A stretch of 64,000 nt of DNA, taken from positions 31,684,001 to 31,748,000 of the forward strand of contig NW_024704742.1 of the NCBI RefSeq assembly GCF_018977255.1, given 5' to 3'. Positions 11,717-23,292 of the stretch are shown one piece after another; the stretch's first letter is position 1, and each line of letters opens with the position of its first letter. The notes under the pieces are model-generated. The model saw only the letters and a list, made by a program, of their open reading frames with translations. It made no database searches and was not told the origin of the DNA. The translations under genes were made by a program, and so were the position numbers. The DNA is from Callorhinchus milii. Taxonomy: Eukaryota.

Positions 11717-12073
11717 AAGTCCCGTAGTGTAGTGGTTAGCAGAGTCTCCTAGCAAGCAAGAGGACCTTGGTTTGATTCCCGAGCTGAGCAAAGGCTTAGG
11801 CAAGTTTCCTTACTCTGCAATCCCCTGTTTACTTAGCAGTAAGAAGGAACCCAGTTGTTATTCAATTTGCAGATCGCTCTCCAAGGGTAATAATCTCTCA
11901 AAAAAATTGTTTTCAAATTGGTTATTCAATCCATGACTATTTGTGGGAGTCTTCTATGCGCAATTGGCTGCCACGTTTCACCCACAAAGTACAGTCAATC
12001 CACAATATATTCTGTGAATTGCTTTGAGACGTCTCAATGATGTGATAATATCAAATGCAAGGATTATTATTAT
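11717..12073 (+). mobile_element. tRNA-derived SINE copy (long variant)
   Basis: Same head, body and (att)n tail as 7325-7657, plus the internal tttacttagcagtaagaaggaacccagttgtt segment. Confidence 0.8.
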
Positions 12074-12854
12074 ACTGTTATAAACAATAGACAAAAATGG
12101 ACTCATTTGATATACGTATAGATACATATTAAGATATTCTAGATTACGGATTCTAAAACAATCATTTTACATTTAATGTATATGCATAAAATGAGTCAAG
12201 CGACATTGTATATTTAGTACAATTGAATCTATGAATAATCAGTTATAATTCTTGCGTTAGATTATAGTGCCTTATCACATCATCAAGAGGTATGAAAGCA
12301 TTTCACAGGATACATTGTAAATTGATGTGGCTATTTATATTTTGTTGACGTCCTAATGCAGACAAATTGGTACAGTTATCCCATTTCCTTATAGAGACCA
12401 AGTAATAGACATGGTTGCTGCTCTGTTGGTTTTGTATGATTTTTTAAAAAAAAGTAGTCTCTAGAGTCACAACATTCAAACACCAGGAATACGCAACACC
12501 CAAAAACGGTTAGATTTCCCTCCCCACCCTCAATAAAATTTTCAATAAATTCCAACTGATCCAAAAGAAGGAATACATGCGAGTCAACGACCCTCTCACG
12601 CCGTTTAGTGGTGTATTCAAGAGTGCAACAGAGCACAGGCAGATAAGCTTAGAATTGCTTCAAATACAACAACATCAAATTACATTTGGATAGCGCCTTT
12701 CATGTTGGGAGGCTCTGATACAAATACAAATTTACATTTCTATATCACATTTCACTTCAGGAGAATCACTGACAGTCCTGACTAGACATTGATTGATGAG
12801 CTTAAAGTAGTAAAAGATCACTTTGACTATTTCCATCAGCCACTGGAAGCTCAC

Positions 12855-13021
12855 CGAAATATTAGCCATTGTGTGATACAACCAGAAGAGTCGTGTTGTG
12901 ATGTAATAGGCCACAAGGACATCCACACTGTAGTGCTCGTGTGCCAGAAGAATGCACATAATCCCCATGGCGCTGAGAAGCCAGCAGATCCAGTGATACC
13001 ACCAGAACCGACGCGGTGAAT
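12855..13021 (-). CDS. SGMS2: Sphingomyelin synthase 2, coding exon 4
   Basis: 167 nt, tttccggtag| ... |gtgagc. Reads (Y)SPRRFWWYHWICWLLSAMGIMCILLAHEHYSVDVLVAYYITTRLFWLYHTMANIS, containing the catalytic H-Y-x-x-D motif. Confidence 0.96.
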
Positions 13022-13364
13022 CTACCGGAAACAAAAAACAAAGGCCTCGGATTACTTGATGTGTTCCAAATTAAGTCTTCCGCAGTACAATACATTCACA
13101 GGCAGAACAGCAAGGCTCACAATGCAATCAAAAAGGTTTTCTACGACCAAGATAATATCACATTAATAATATTATTAATACAGTCGAACAATCACCTCCA
13201 TTCAGCAACCACTTAGGAACAGCCCCGGTTCTCACACCAACGAACCCTTACTCAGAGGTCTGAAGCTAATTGATCTGGTTGAGGTTCTTTAACATAACAA
13301 AGGGAACTGACAAGATAAATAGGTATAATTCTCTCTGGAAGAGGAGAGTCAAAATAGGGGGCCA

Positions 13365-13721
13365 TAATAATAATTGCATTTTATATAGCGTCTCTCACAT
13401 ATTTGAGAAGGCTCAAAGCGCTTCACAGAATACACTGTAAAGTGAATTGACTGTATATTTGTTTTAGACCAATCGCGCCAGCCAATTGCACTCAATCCAT
13501 AAACAGTCGTGGATTGAGTGAGCAAATTATTATAATTTTTTTCTGAAGGGGTTATTGCCCCCGAAAAAGGTAAACTCCAATTGACTAACAACTGAGATCC
13601 TACCTATTTCTAGCTAAAGAGAGGCATAAGGAAACTTTCCAATGTTTCACCCTGCCAGGAATCAAACCCAGGTCCTTTTGCTTGCGAGGCGAGTGCTCCA
13701 ACCACTAAGCTACAGGACTCC
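13365..13721 (-). mobile_element. tRNA-derived SINE copy (long variant)
   Basis: Reverse complement of the ggagtcctgtagcttagtggttggagcactcgcc head ends at 13721; (att)n-type tail at about 13365. Confidence 0.82.
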
Positions 13722-14246
13722 ACAAATCAAAATCCAAGGTAAAAGTGAGACCAGAAAAGGTTTCCAAGAATGCCCTAGATACAAAAAAAACAATTGAGAC
13801 GTTTAAAGGGGAACTAGATGGGAACTAAGAAGAGATGAAAAGATTTCATCTAACAAAATGGAGTAACAGAGACTTCACAGGCCAAAAAGGCCTCCTCCAA
13901 TTTGTATATTCCCAAGTTAAATTTATGCACAGCACATTTATCATTTTATTTCGATCTTAATGGAAAAGACAACCCAATGTCGAAGAGACAGATCCTCTCT
14001 GTAACTGACCACGGTTTGGAGTGACTCTCCCTTCACTCCTGTGGGGAAGTGCCTGGCCTCTGGCTCAGCACCTCCTTGTGCTATCCTGTGAAGGGCACTA
14101 AATAAATGTAAGATGTTGTTGCGACTCATATTAGATACTATTGCAGTACGTTTGCATTGCATGTGTAAATCTCTAGTTTACAACTGCACCACAGCACACT
14201 ATCCAATGCCCTGCCCTTTCAGCAGCATGTAATGACCACCACTTAC

Positions 14247-14400
14247 ATTCTTTGATAAATAAGTAAGTGAGCGTCAGCATGACAGTGTGCCCACTATACA
14301 GGAAGTCACCACACAGGATGTGTGAACCAGTGATGGAAAGTCCTCCGCCTGAGATCAGTTTCAAGATCCTTTGAAGTTTCGCTTGGGAGTCTCCGTTCAA
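14247..14400 (-). CDS. SGMS2: Sphingomyelin synthase 2, coding exon 3
   Basis: 154 nt, ttctttcag| ... |gtaagt. Reads LNGDSQAKLQRILKLISGGGLSITGSHILCGDFLYSGHTVMLTLTYLFIKE, containing the CGDxxxSGHT catalytic motif. Confidence 0.96.
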
Positions 14401-14544
14401 CTGAAAGAACAAACGCAATAAGGAAACATTTCTTTACACCAAGGGTCATCAACAACTGGAATAAGATGAGAAACGCCTTTCATTTTTAAAAAAACTTCAA
14501 ATTCTCTTTTCCCACCTCAAACATTGTGTTCTCTGAATGAATAT

Positions 14545-14850
14545 TACAACTGTATTGTTGGAGGTGCCGTCTTAGGAATGTGTATGCTAAATTCAGCTAC
14601 CTATTCAGGTGCACGTTAAAGATCCCGGGCTAATGTTTGTGAAGAGAAGAGTTTTTCCCAGTGTCCTGGCCAACAATCCCCGAAATAAAATTAGTCACTC
14701 ACTTCATTTCTGTTGGTGGGATATTGCTGTGTGCAAATTAGCTGCCGCATTGGCCCATAAAACAGTCATTGCATTATATAGTAAATCCTGTGAAGTGCTT
14801 TGGGATGTCCTGCTGATGTGAAAAGCACTATACCAAATGTAAGGATCATT
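14545..14850 (+). mobile_element. Deu-domain SINE (SacSINE1-like), 5'-truncated
   Basis: ggaggtgccgtctt...aaagatccc...gtgtcctggccaac...gggatattgctgtgtgcaaattagctgccgc...gaagtgctttgggatgtcc. Confidence 0.72.
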
Positions 14851-16639
14851 AAGGATTAATATAATGGCATCTCGTAGTCTCTTGAACCCATCTCTTTATT
14901 ACAACCAACCTAATAAACGTTTCATCGCCTTGCTCTGCGCATTGCTATTACTTTTCTTTAGGCAGGAGTCTACTTTTCTACACCAGGAAGAAGCTCTTCA
15001 TTTACTTTTTGGTTCTTTCCTCATGATTAATATTGCAAATTCACCAGTAACATGTTTGGGCCTTAGAACTCTTGGTTTATTTCCAGTTGAGCCGACTGCT
15101 GACGCTAACAGACACAGAGTGGCTGTTGCTTCCAGAGTACGTTATCAACCAGTCCTAATGTGGGTCTTTATCCTGCATTAAAAGGCAAAGAGCATCAGCA
15201 AGGCTAACATGTTGCTGGCTGCAATAGCTACCAGTGTTCCAGGGTATGTCTCCAGGCCAGCAATGCTGTTTAAGCGCTGATAACCTTTAAACTGGGCCAT
15301 GGCCACACAAGCTTGGAAATCGTGTGCAGCAGTTCACGTTCACAAGGTTGGTTCCATTTGTCTCGGGTGTCTTGGCTTATGTTCTGCATTGCAGAGAGTG
15401 GAATCCAAACACCAGCAGCCTCACTGCATTTGAAAACCGGTTCTTGAATACTGTAGACTGTAAGCTAGATCCAGCATTACACAAGCGAATGGAATCTTTT
15501 TTAACATACTGCATATTACAATTTGCTTTCTTGCAGCATTTTGCGTTCTACACAAAGTTCATTGATCGTGTTACACACTGGGGTCTAAAACACAGTAATT
15601 CCCTTTGGAGGAATACAATGAGAAAACAAGAAGTGTCTTACTGACTTGCAGGAACTTTTCTCCAAACGACCTACTTTCAGGGCAGAGCTGCTCTAGGCGG
15701 GCGTGAAGCCACAAAACCTTTCAAGTACTAGAAATAAATCCCTTGTAGATTCCTTATTTATCAAATCCTGTTCAAATTGTCGACGTGTAAACTCCAAAGA
15801 CTCAAGTTACTGCTGTGCAGCAATGGAAGTGGCTATTCTAAAGCAAAATTCGAAAGATGGACTACAACTGTGGGGAACAGGTATGAGATCGTGAGCAATA
15901 GTTTGGAAAACGAGACTGGTCATTGTACTATAATCTTCTGATCTCATCCAGTCTCATTTGCCTATGATCAAAGTACTACAGGATGAGATACGTTCTTCAG
16001 TTGAGAAACAAAATGGAGAATAATAGAAATGACTTGGTGGCCATTTACTCTTTTTTAGTGCTTTTTGCTGAGGATGAGCACAAAATACTTGATAATTAAT
16101 TGTTATGACAACTTGGGAAGGGGATGCTGAGGGGAAAAGTTGTCTTGAAATGTTCTTGTCCTGCCGAGACAATGTGATAATTAGGAAAGTTAGGACACAG
16201 GCATCATCAAAAATAATCCTTACATTTGATATTGTGCCTTTCACATTGGGAGGAGATCTCAAAGTGGACTTACTATAAAGTGGAGTGACAATAGGCAAAT
16301 GTGAGAGAGAGCTTTAATATATACTTGTGACATTATTAGGGCACGGAAATAGAAAATGTGAGGGAGCTCTAATGTACAGTTGATGTGCTGTGGTAGGGCA
16401 CATTTTAGAGAGCAGTAAAATCAGTATGGTTCTAGTTTTTAATTTCTAACAAGGGAAACCCTGCTGGAAAAATTGTTTGGCCATCACATGAAAGCTGGAC
16501 TGGGGTGGGTGGGGAGTGCTATTGCGAATTAAAAATGCTAGTTATAAATTTGCCATCAGTTCAGCTTCTCCACACTGACATACTCAGTAACTGATCCAAG
16601 GAATTTCTCCCCACTTCTGATTTTTAAAGATGAACAAAT

Positions 16640-17255
16640 TTTGGGGGAAAATTGTTGCACTCTTGTTCATGCCTTCATCACATCCAGGATCGACTATGCA
16701 AACCCCCTGCTTGTCAGCCTTCCCAACTCCTCCCTCCACAGGCTGCAGATAATCCAGAACTCTGCAGTCCGTGTCCTCTCTCGCACCAAACTCCGTGACC
16801 CCATCTCCGCCATTCTCGCCCGACTCCATTGGCTCCCTATCCTTCAGAGGATCCAGTTCAAGATCCTGGTCCTCACCTACAAAGCCCTCCATGGCCTCGC
16901 CCCACCCTACCTCTGCGACCTCCTAACCCCCTACGAACCCGCCTGCTCCCTCCGCTCAGCCGGCTCCAGCCTGCTCCATGTCCAACCCACCCGCCCCACC
17001 ATTGGCGGGAGAGCCTTCAGCCACTCTTCCCCCAACCGCTGGAATTCCATCCCCCAATCACTTTGTCTCGCGCCCTCCTTAGCCTCCTTCAAAACCCTCC
17101 TCTTCGACCATGCCATCGGCCACCCCCTTTCCCATCCCCTCCATTCTCCCTCCCCGAACCCAGCTTGGGACTGAAATGCTATACACTGTCTAGTGCCTTG
17201 GGACGTCGTCCCGACGTGAAAGGCGCTACACAAATGTAATCTTGTTGTTGTTGTA
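16640..17255 (+). mobile_element. L2-clade LINE 3' fragment
   Basis: ORF 16641-17174 (TLVHAFITSRIDYAN, LHWLPILQRIQFKILVLTYKALHGLAPPYL, GGRAFS) followed by the stem-loop tail and (ttg)n. Confidence 0.9.
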
Positions 17256-20094
17256 CTTTTTTTTGAAGGGATTCTGATAGCAAGAGTCAATAGTAACAGT
17301 TTTCTTTTCAACTTTTTTTTATAAAAACACAAAGGGTAATCTGTGCATTGAAATACCAATGCTTTTCTTAGCTGTGCTCTAGATATTTCTACACTTGTAA
17401 GCAAAACCCCATTGCTAAGCGCATGAGCATTGTGTCCTTTCCCAGCAATTGCTCAAGTTAATCTATGTCTATTTGGCATTTGAAGGTAGCTGCACCTGCA
17501 AGTTTCAAATTAACACAGGCGCGAGCAGGTCATTGACCTCTCATCTCAACAGTCAGTAATTCTACAATGCTGTGAGGTCTCAGCCAAGAAACAGGAGTCA
17601 TGCACCTGGAGTGTCTGGTTATCAGTGGGGGTGGGGAAATAGCACATTGTCGGAGGGCAGGCACTTCATTGTCAGGATAATTTGAGGCAAGTTTCTGCCC
17701 ACTACAGGAATGTTGCAGCACTCGCTAAAAGCCTGAAAGTCAAGTCGTACACACATTACAAAGCTCCAGCAAACCAGTTTATGAACCTTCACCCAGATCT
17801 TCTTATCTTTTCTGTCTTAAGTAAAATAACCCTTTGATTTGATATAGCAGCTGTCACAACAACAATATTACATTTGTATAGTGTCTTTCACGTCGGGAGG
17901 ACGTCCCAAGGCACTGGATAGTGTACAGCATTTCAGAACAAGCAGAACACATCATAACACTTCACCGGATTTAACTGTTAAGTGTGGCGACTGCATTTTG
18001 CAAGCAAAACAGAGCAAACAATTTACCCGCAGCATTGTCCCCAAACCCCCCACCACCACTACAAAGTGAATAACCAATTTTACCTGGGGGTAATCAAATC
18101 GTAGTCAGTTAGGACATAATAATTACTATTATCCCATTTTAATTTATAATGTTAGTGAAGAGCTGGTTACATAACATTACATCAAAAATGTTTGGAGCAG
18201 CTTCTAGAGGACCCTGACTGTGGATTGGCACTTCCTGCATTTACTACACAGCAGCATTGCAAATCAATGTCCTGGTGAAACTATCTCCTCAAAGTGGCCT
18301 TGTAAGCCTTGAGCAGGACTGATGCAGTTATTAATCCAAACAAAGTGTAGAATAAATAAGACATTCAAGCTGTGTGTGTGTGTATACACACATGTTTATC
18401 TGCAAGCATTGCCAGGTGAATATTCACATACTTTATGCATCAAAACTATTCCCAATAATCACAAAGTGGGATTTAAGTTTTTTTGTTTTTATACTATAGT
18501 ATTCAGGTAGGTCCTTTATAAAAGTCAAATTTTTTTTGCTCTTCCTACCTTTTCTGTATTAATAAAATAATAATCTTTTCATTTGATATAACACCTATCA
18601 CATAAGAACAAATCATAGTGAACATACCTTCATAGGAATTACTGTAAAGTTAATGATATTAATGTGCATTTTGCATGCAAACACAGTAGTGTTCCACAAA
18701 TAGCTATGAAGTGAACGATCAATTTTATTTGTGGGATTGTCAGTCAGGATACTGGAGGAAACTTCCTTTTTTTCCCCCCAAATAGTGCGATGGATCTTTA
18801 ACATCCAATTGAACAGGCAGGAGAGAGCCTCAATTTAAGGTCTAGCTTCCTGGCACTGAATTGGAAGACTATAGTGAAGCGCATCACAAGAATATATTTT
18901 GGCATGTAAACCTTATCCAAAATATGTATCCCACTGCCTTCCCATTGCTGCTTCAAGCTGTACCTTGGCCTGCACGTGACAATAGTTTGGCATTTCAACA
19001 GATATTTCAAAGTTGAGATGTTTTTCTCCCTAGGTCATATTCCACGCTCGGGATAAGAGAATTATCCAAATGGGAAAGCCACAAGGCAATATCCCTTTAA
19101 GACTTTGGGATGAAATTGCAACTTTTGATGTGTTAACACCGACAGCACTGGTTAACACTGTTGAAGAAGAGGTGATTTGCTGAACTATCGAGTAGTCTGA
19201 GGGTGTGCAGCTATAACAGTTGCTCCCTGAAGCACACGTTGAGGCTGTGTCTCATTCATTGCAGCTTTGGACCACTAGTCCGTGGGATGCCAGCTGGGCT
19301 AAACAGAATTAAGATGGCTAAGCCAAAGTTCAGATTGTGATCCATAAACCACAAGTTAAATCCACTGCATGGCTCCTGGGTGCAGCCATTGTGAATGGTA
19401 TTGGCGAGAGAAAGATGTCCACTTCCAACTTTGCATGGTCCAGTTGATAATTAACACAACTGCTGGGCACTTTTTCCATCAATGTCAATTAGCACTATTT
19501 GTGCAAATTAACACATGGCAATTTGCATCTCAGTCTTAAAGGGGAAGTGCCAGGTGGGTTTTCCATTTGTAAAAACATTCTTATCCCAGGGCGGAAAGGG
19601 AGTCAAGGGGGGAAAAAAAAGGCACATTTTCTGGATCAATAGCCTCTTCAGCAAACGGTACCAAGCAAATGGTGGATCAGTGTCACCTTACAATGGTCTT
19701 TCAAACATAGCTGGAAAATCAGCAAACAATATTTGCAGGTGAGGTGCCAGATCATTTACAATAACTCACATTATCTAGCCATTTTCCCTTGCAACAGCCA
19801 CAAAAGCCAAGTTTCTCCTGGCCAACAATCCCCCCAAATAAAATTGGTCAATCATTCTATGGCTCTTCGTGGACAATGCTATGCACAAATTGGCTGCAGT
19901 ATTCACCCACACAGTTAATACAATTTACAATATATTCTGTGAAGCACTTCTTTAACGTTGACAATGTGGTAAGACCCTATATCAAATGCAAGGAATATTA
20001 TCATTATTAATATCAGTCAATGCATTCTTAGTCTCCCCCCACCCAGCCAGTAGAATAAATAAATAGATAAGCATTTTGCTGCTAGTTGCCTTAC

Positions 20095-20212
20095 CTTTGG
20101 GGCACATTGGAAGTGCATTCCAGGCACAGGTAAAGTGGTTACATACATGGTGATACATCTATACAGGTACAGAGTCCCAATTATGAAGAAATATCTGCGT
20201 GCCACAATGGAC
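20095..20212 (-). CDS. SGMS2: Sphingomyelin synthase 2, coding exon 2
   Basis: 118 nt, tactgtag| ... |gtaagg. Reads (R)SIVARRYFFIIGTLYLYRCITMYVTTLPVPGMHFQCAPK. Confidence 0.96.
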
Positions 20213-20743
20213 CTACAGTAGAAATACAATCACATTATAACTGCTATTCTCTCATTATACATAGATTTGGCATCATCACTGAAGATGCCAAGAACAAGAG
20301 ACAAACAAAACAAAACAAATCTCTCCTCCCCAGTGATCAGAGTACAGACCTTGAATTTCAGCTCAACTCTCAGTGAACACATCAATAACATGACATGAGT
20401 CTTATAGGGGAGTTACTTGATAAGGAAGATAACAAATTTCTATTGTATTAAAATGTCCAATGTGCTATAGACCAATCTCAATCTTCAATGAGAATGCTAC
20501 TGTTTCAGGTCTATTCAATATGATATCAATTGCAAATTTCACTCCATTATGTGCAAAACTCTCATTATCTGCATTTCTGAGTCACTAACTGACTATAATG
20601 GGGACATGATCCCAGCATTATTGTTGCAGCAATACCTCCGCACTTTCAGATAACCAGCTGAGTGATGCTTAACCACTTGAATAAATAAATATACAAAGAA
20701 GGCAAGATAAAGAGCGTGACTTACACGCAAGTGGATTACTTAC

Positions 20744-21186
20744 CGATACCTAAGGAGTAACCACTGGATTCCCCAAAAGCCAATGAGGACCATGCCATTG
20801 ATTTCAGACACTTTGAAAGCCCACTCGACACGGTCAACATAGTCAAAGAAGGTATCAGGAAGAGGAGGATTCTTCTCTTTGGGAGGAACTCTTTCGTGTA
20901 CAACTGTGATCATCACACTAGTCATCACCAAATTAAATGCAGCATAAGCAAATGCGATGCCAGTCTTCCACCACTCCAGCGGGAACTTAAAGTTTGAATC
21001 AGGCAAGGAGATCTGGATGTACTCCTTCTGTTTCTTTTGACTTTTTCTGATGCCATTTGGTAAACTGCTGGATTTGATGCCCTCGTGGGTGTAGGGAACT
21101 AACAGGGCTCTTGCATAGCCATTGGAAGGCATGTTCTGCTGATCTCGCACGTGTTCTTCTGCTGACCGCATTTCAATCACTTCCAT
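20744..21186 (-). CDS. SGMS2: Sphingomyelin synthase 2, coding exon 1 (ATG at 21186)
   Basis: MEVIEMRSAEEH...YIQISLPDSNFKFPLEWWKTGIAFAY...ITVVHERVPPKEKNPPLPDTFFDYVDRV...QWLLLRY. SMS2-type N-terminus without the SAM domain of SMS1/SMSr. Donor CG|gtaagt. Exon lengths 443+118+154+167+180 = 1062 nt = 353 aa plus stop. Confidence 0.95.
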
Positions 21187-21481
21187 CAATGTCGAGGAAT
21201 TTGCTAATCCACCAAAGCCAAAAGGTACACAAACCTGCCAATTGGAGCAACGTCTACAGTTTATTCCTTAAAAACTTTATGCATCACTGACGTCGCTGTG
21301 TAATGTCTTCCACCCCTTGATCAGAGTAGCAACTGGTAGGACTATAGGGGAATTTGGAGTCAATGTGATCCAGGTCTCAGCTAGAGGCAGCTGCACATGG
21401 TAGGACCAAGGTGTTCCAAGGTGCTGCAGCATTGATGTGGAAAGCAGAGAAAGGTCCGATTCATTCCAGTGCAATTTCCAT
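21187..21481 (-). other. SGMS2: 5' UTR portion of the first SGMS2 coding exon
   Basis: Strong acceptor gtttgtctctgtgttttccccag| at 21482/21481, which implies further non-coding exon(s) upstream. Confidence 0.7.
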
Positions 21482-21719
21482 CTGGGGAAAACACAGAGAC
21501 AAACATCAGTGTTTTCAACCACATACTAATACGTCTTGCACACAATAGGAATGAAACTGGAAGAAATTCAGGTGTTAACGAAATTAACAGAGCAGAATTG
21601 CACAGAAACTCCATATTGAACAATCTATTTGATGTATAACACGTTTACTTCATAAAAATCAGTACAAGTATTGGAAGCCAACGAGCCATCAGAAGGCTGT
21701 CGACTACTCAAAATGTCTT

Positions 21720-22225
21720 CCTCACTGGTCTCCCTGGCTCCACTATCTACAAAATTCAACACTCTGCCGCCTACATTCTCACTTGCATTAAACTCCATAC
21801 CTCTGCATCATCCGTGCCTTCACCTCCCCTCTCAACTCTCTACCCCCTCCTCGCTCCCTCCCTTCCCTCCCCCTGACCATTTCCCCCCTGCTCGGGTCCT
21901 GACCCAACTGTCCAGCGCCTTGGGACATCCTCCCGACATGAAAGGCGCTCTATAAATGCAATCTTGTTTTTGTTGTTGCCCGCGGACACCCCGCTCAACC
22001 ATCGGCGGCCGTGCTTTCAGCCACCATGCTCCAAAGCTCTGGAATTCCCTCCCTCAATTTTTTCACCTTGCCCCCCTCTCCCATTTTCAGGTTGCACTTG
22101 AAGACATTCCTCTTTGACCGTGCCTACAGTCACCTTCCCTCAGCATCGGGCTGCGCCACTGTTAAGCACTCCAAGATGCCATCCGACGTGAAGAATGCTG
22201 TATAAATGCAAGTTATTGTTGTTGA
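21720..22225 (+). mobile_element. Two adjacent L2 3'-end fragments
   Basis: Two successive stem-loop plus (ttg)n tails ending at about 21978 and 22225; ggcggccgtgctttcagccac...ctctggaattccctccc. Confidence 0.75.
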
Positions 22226-22254
22226 TTATGACAGAAATGGATAATTCCACTCAT

Positions 22255-22625
22255 CATAGAAATGCCTTAAAGCACGAAGATTTTACAGTCAAGTGCAGCT
22301 ACTGTGTGTTTGTAAACCTGGCAGTCAATTTGTACACAGCAATTTCCCACAAAATGCCATGAAGTAAATAATCAATTTTGTATCGGAAGCATTGTTGGCC
22401 ATGGGACTATCTCTTTTCAAATAGTGCCATGGGATCTTTAACATCCATGTGAACAGGCAGACTGCACCTTAGTTTGACATCTCAACTGAAGCGATGACAT
22501 CTCTGAAAATGCAGTACAACCCCAGCGCTGCATTGTATCAGCCTAGACTATGAGATCAAAGTTCCTGATGTGGGGCTTGAGCCAACTTTGAGAGACGAGA
22601 ATGCTACCAACTGAACCAAACTGAC
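22255..22625 (-). mobile_element. Deu-domain SINE (SacSINE1-like)
   Basis: Reverse of cagttggtagcattctcgtc head, aaagatcccatggcactatttgaa core and gggaaattgctgtgtacaaattgactgcc. Confidence 0.7.
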
Positions 22626-22945
22626 TCCTGAATTATTCTCGGCCTCAATACAAAAAATTGTGAAAAGTGAACTAATGGATATTAGGAAGCTGAAAGCAGT
22701 ATAGGTTGAATCAAGTTGAGATTTAAAACAATAATGTTGGGCATAGGTATACTGGGATAAGCTCCCTTCACTTTTGAGGAATGGACATATATAATCTAAA
22801 AATTGTCACCCTACAGTCACCATTTCTCCCCACGCACTTTGTCCTGAAGCCACAATAAAAGCAGAGGGAAGTGAGAACTTGCTACCCAAAGTAGTGGTTG
22901 AATCAGATAGTATGGATTCATTTAAGAGTAAGCTGGATACACACA

Positions 22946-23292
22946 AGGATTCCTGTAACTTATTGTTGAGAGCACTGGGATCCGGGTTCGCTTCCCAGGC
23001 ACGGCAAAATTAGGGAAGTTAGGAAAGTTTCCTTACTCCACACGCCTCCATTTACTTAGCAGTACATAGGAACCTGATTAGCAGATTATTTTTCCGAGGG
23101 TAATAATACCTTTAAAAAATTGGGTCACTCAACCCACGACTGTTTGTGGGACGCTGCTGTGCTCAATTGACTGCCGCGTTTCGCCCACAAAATACAGTCA
23201 ATTCACTTTACAGTTCATTGTGTTAAGGCGCTTTGAGATGTCTCAAAGACATGATAAGGTGCTATATCAAAAGCAAGGATTATTATTATAAT
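22946..23292 (+). mobile_element. tRNA-derived SINE inserted into an older CR1 3' fragment (about 22850-23395)
   Basis: SINE body and tail as in the other copies. CR1-like flanks (tttaagagtaagctggatac | aagggagaagggaatagagtggtatggg) join up when the SINE is removed. Confidence 0.72.

Noticed and set aside
20740..21189. Assignment to SGMS1 or SAMD8, and the ORF-track start at 21189
   Set aside because: There is no SAM domain and both termini are SMS2-type; 21189 is a TTG, and the ATG is at 21186.
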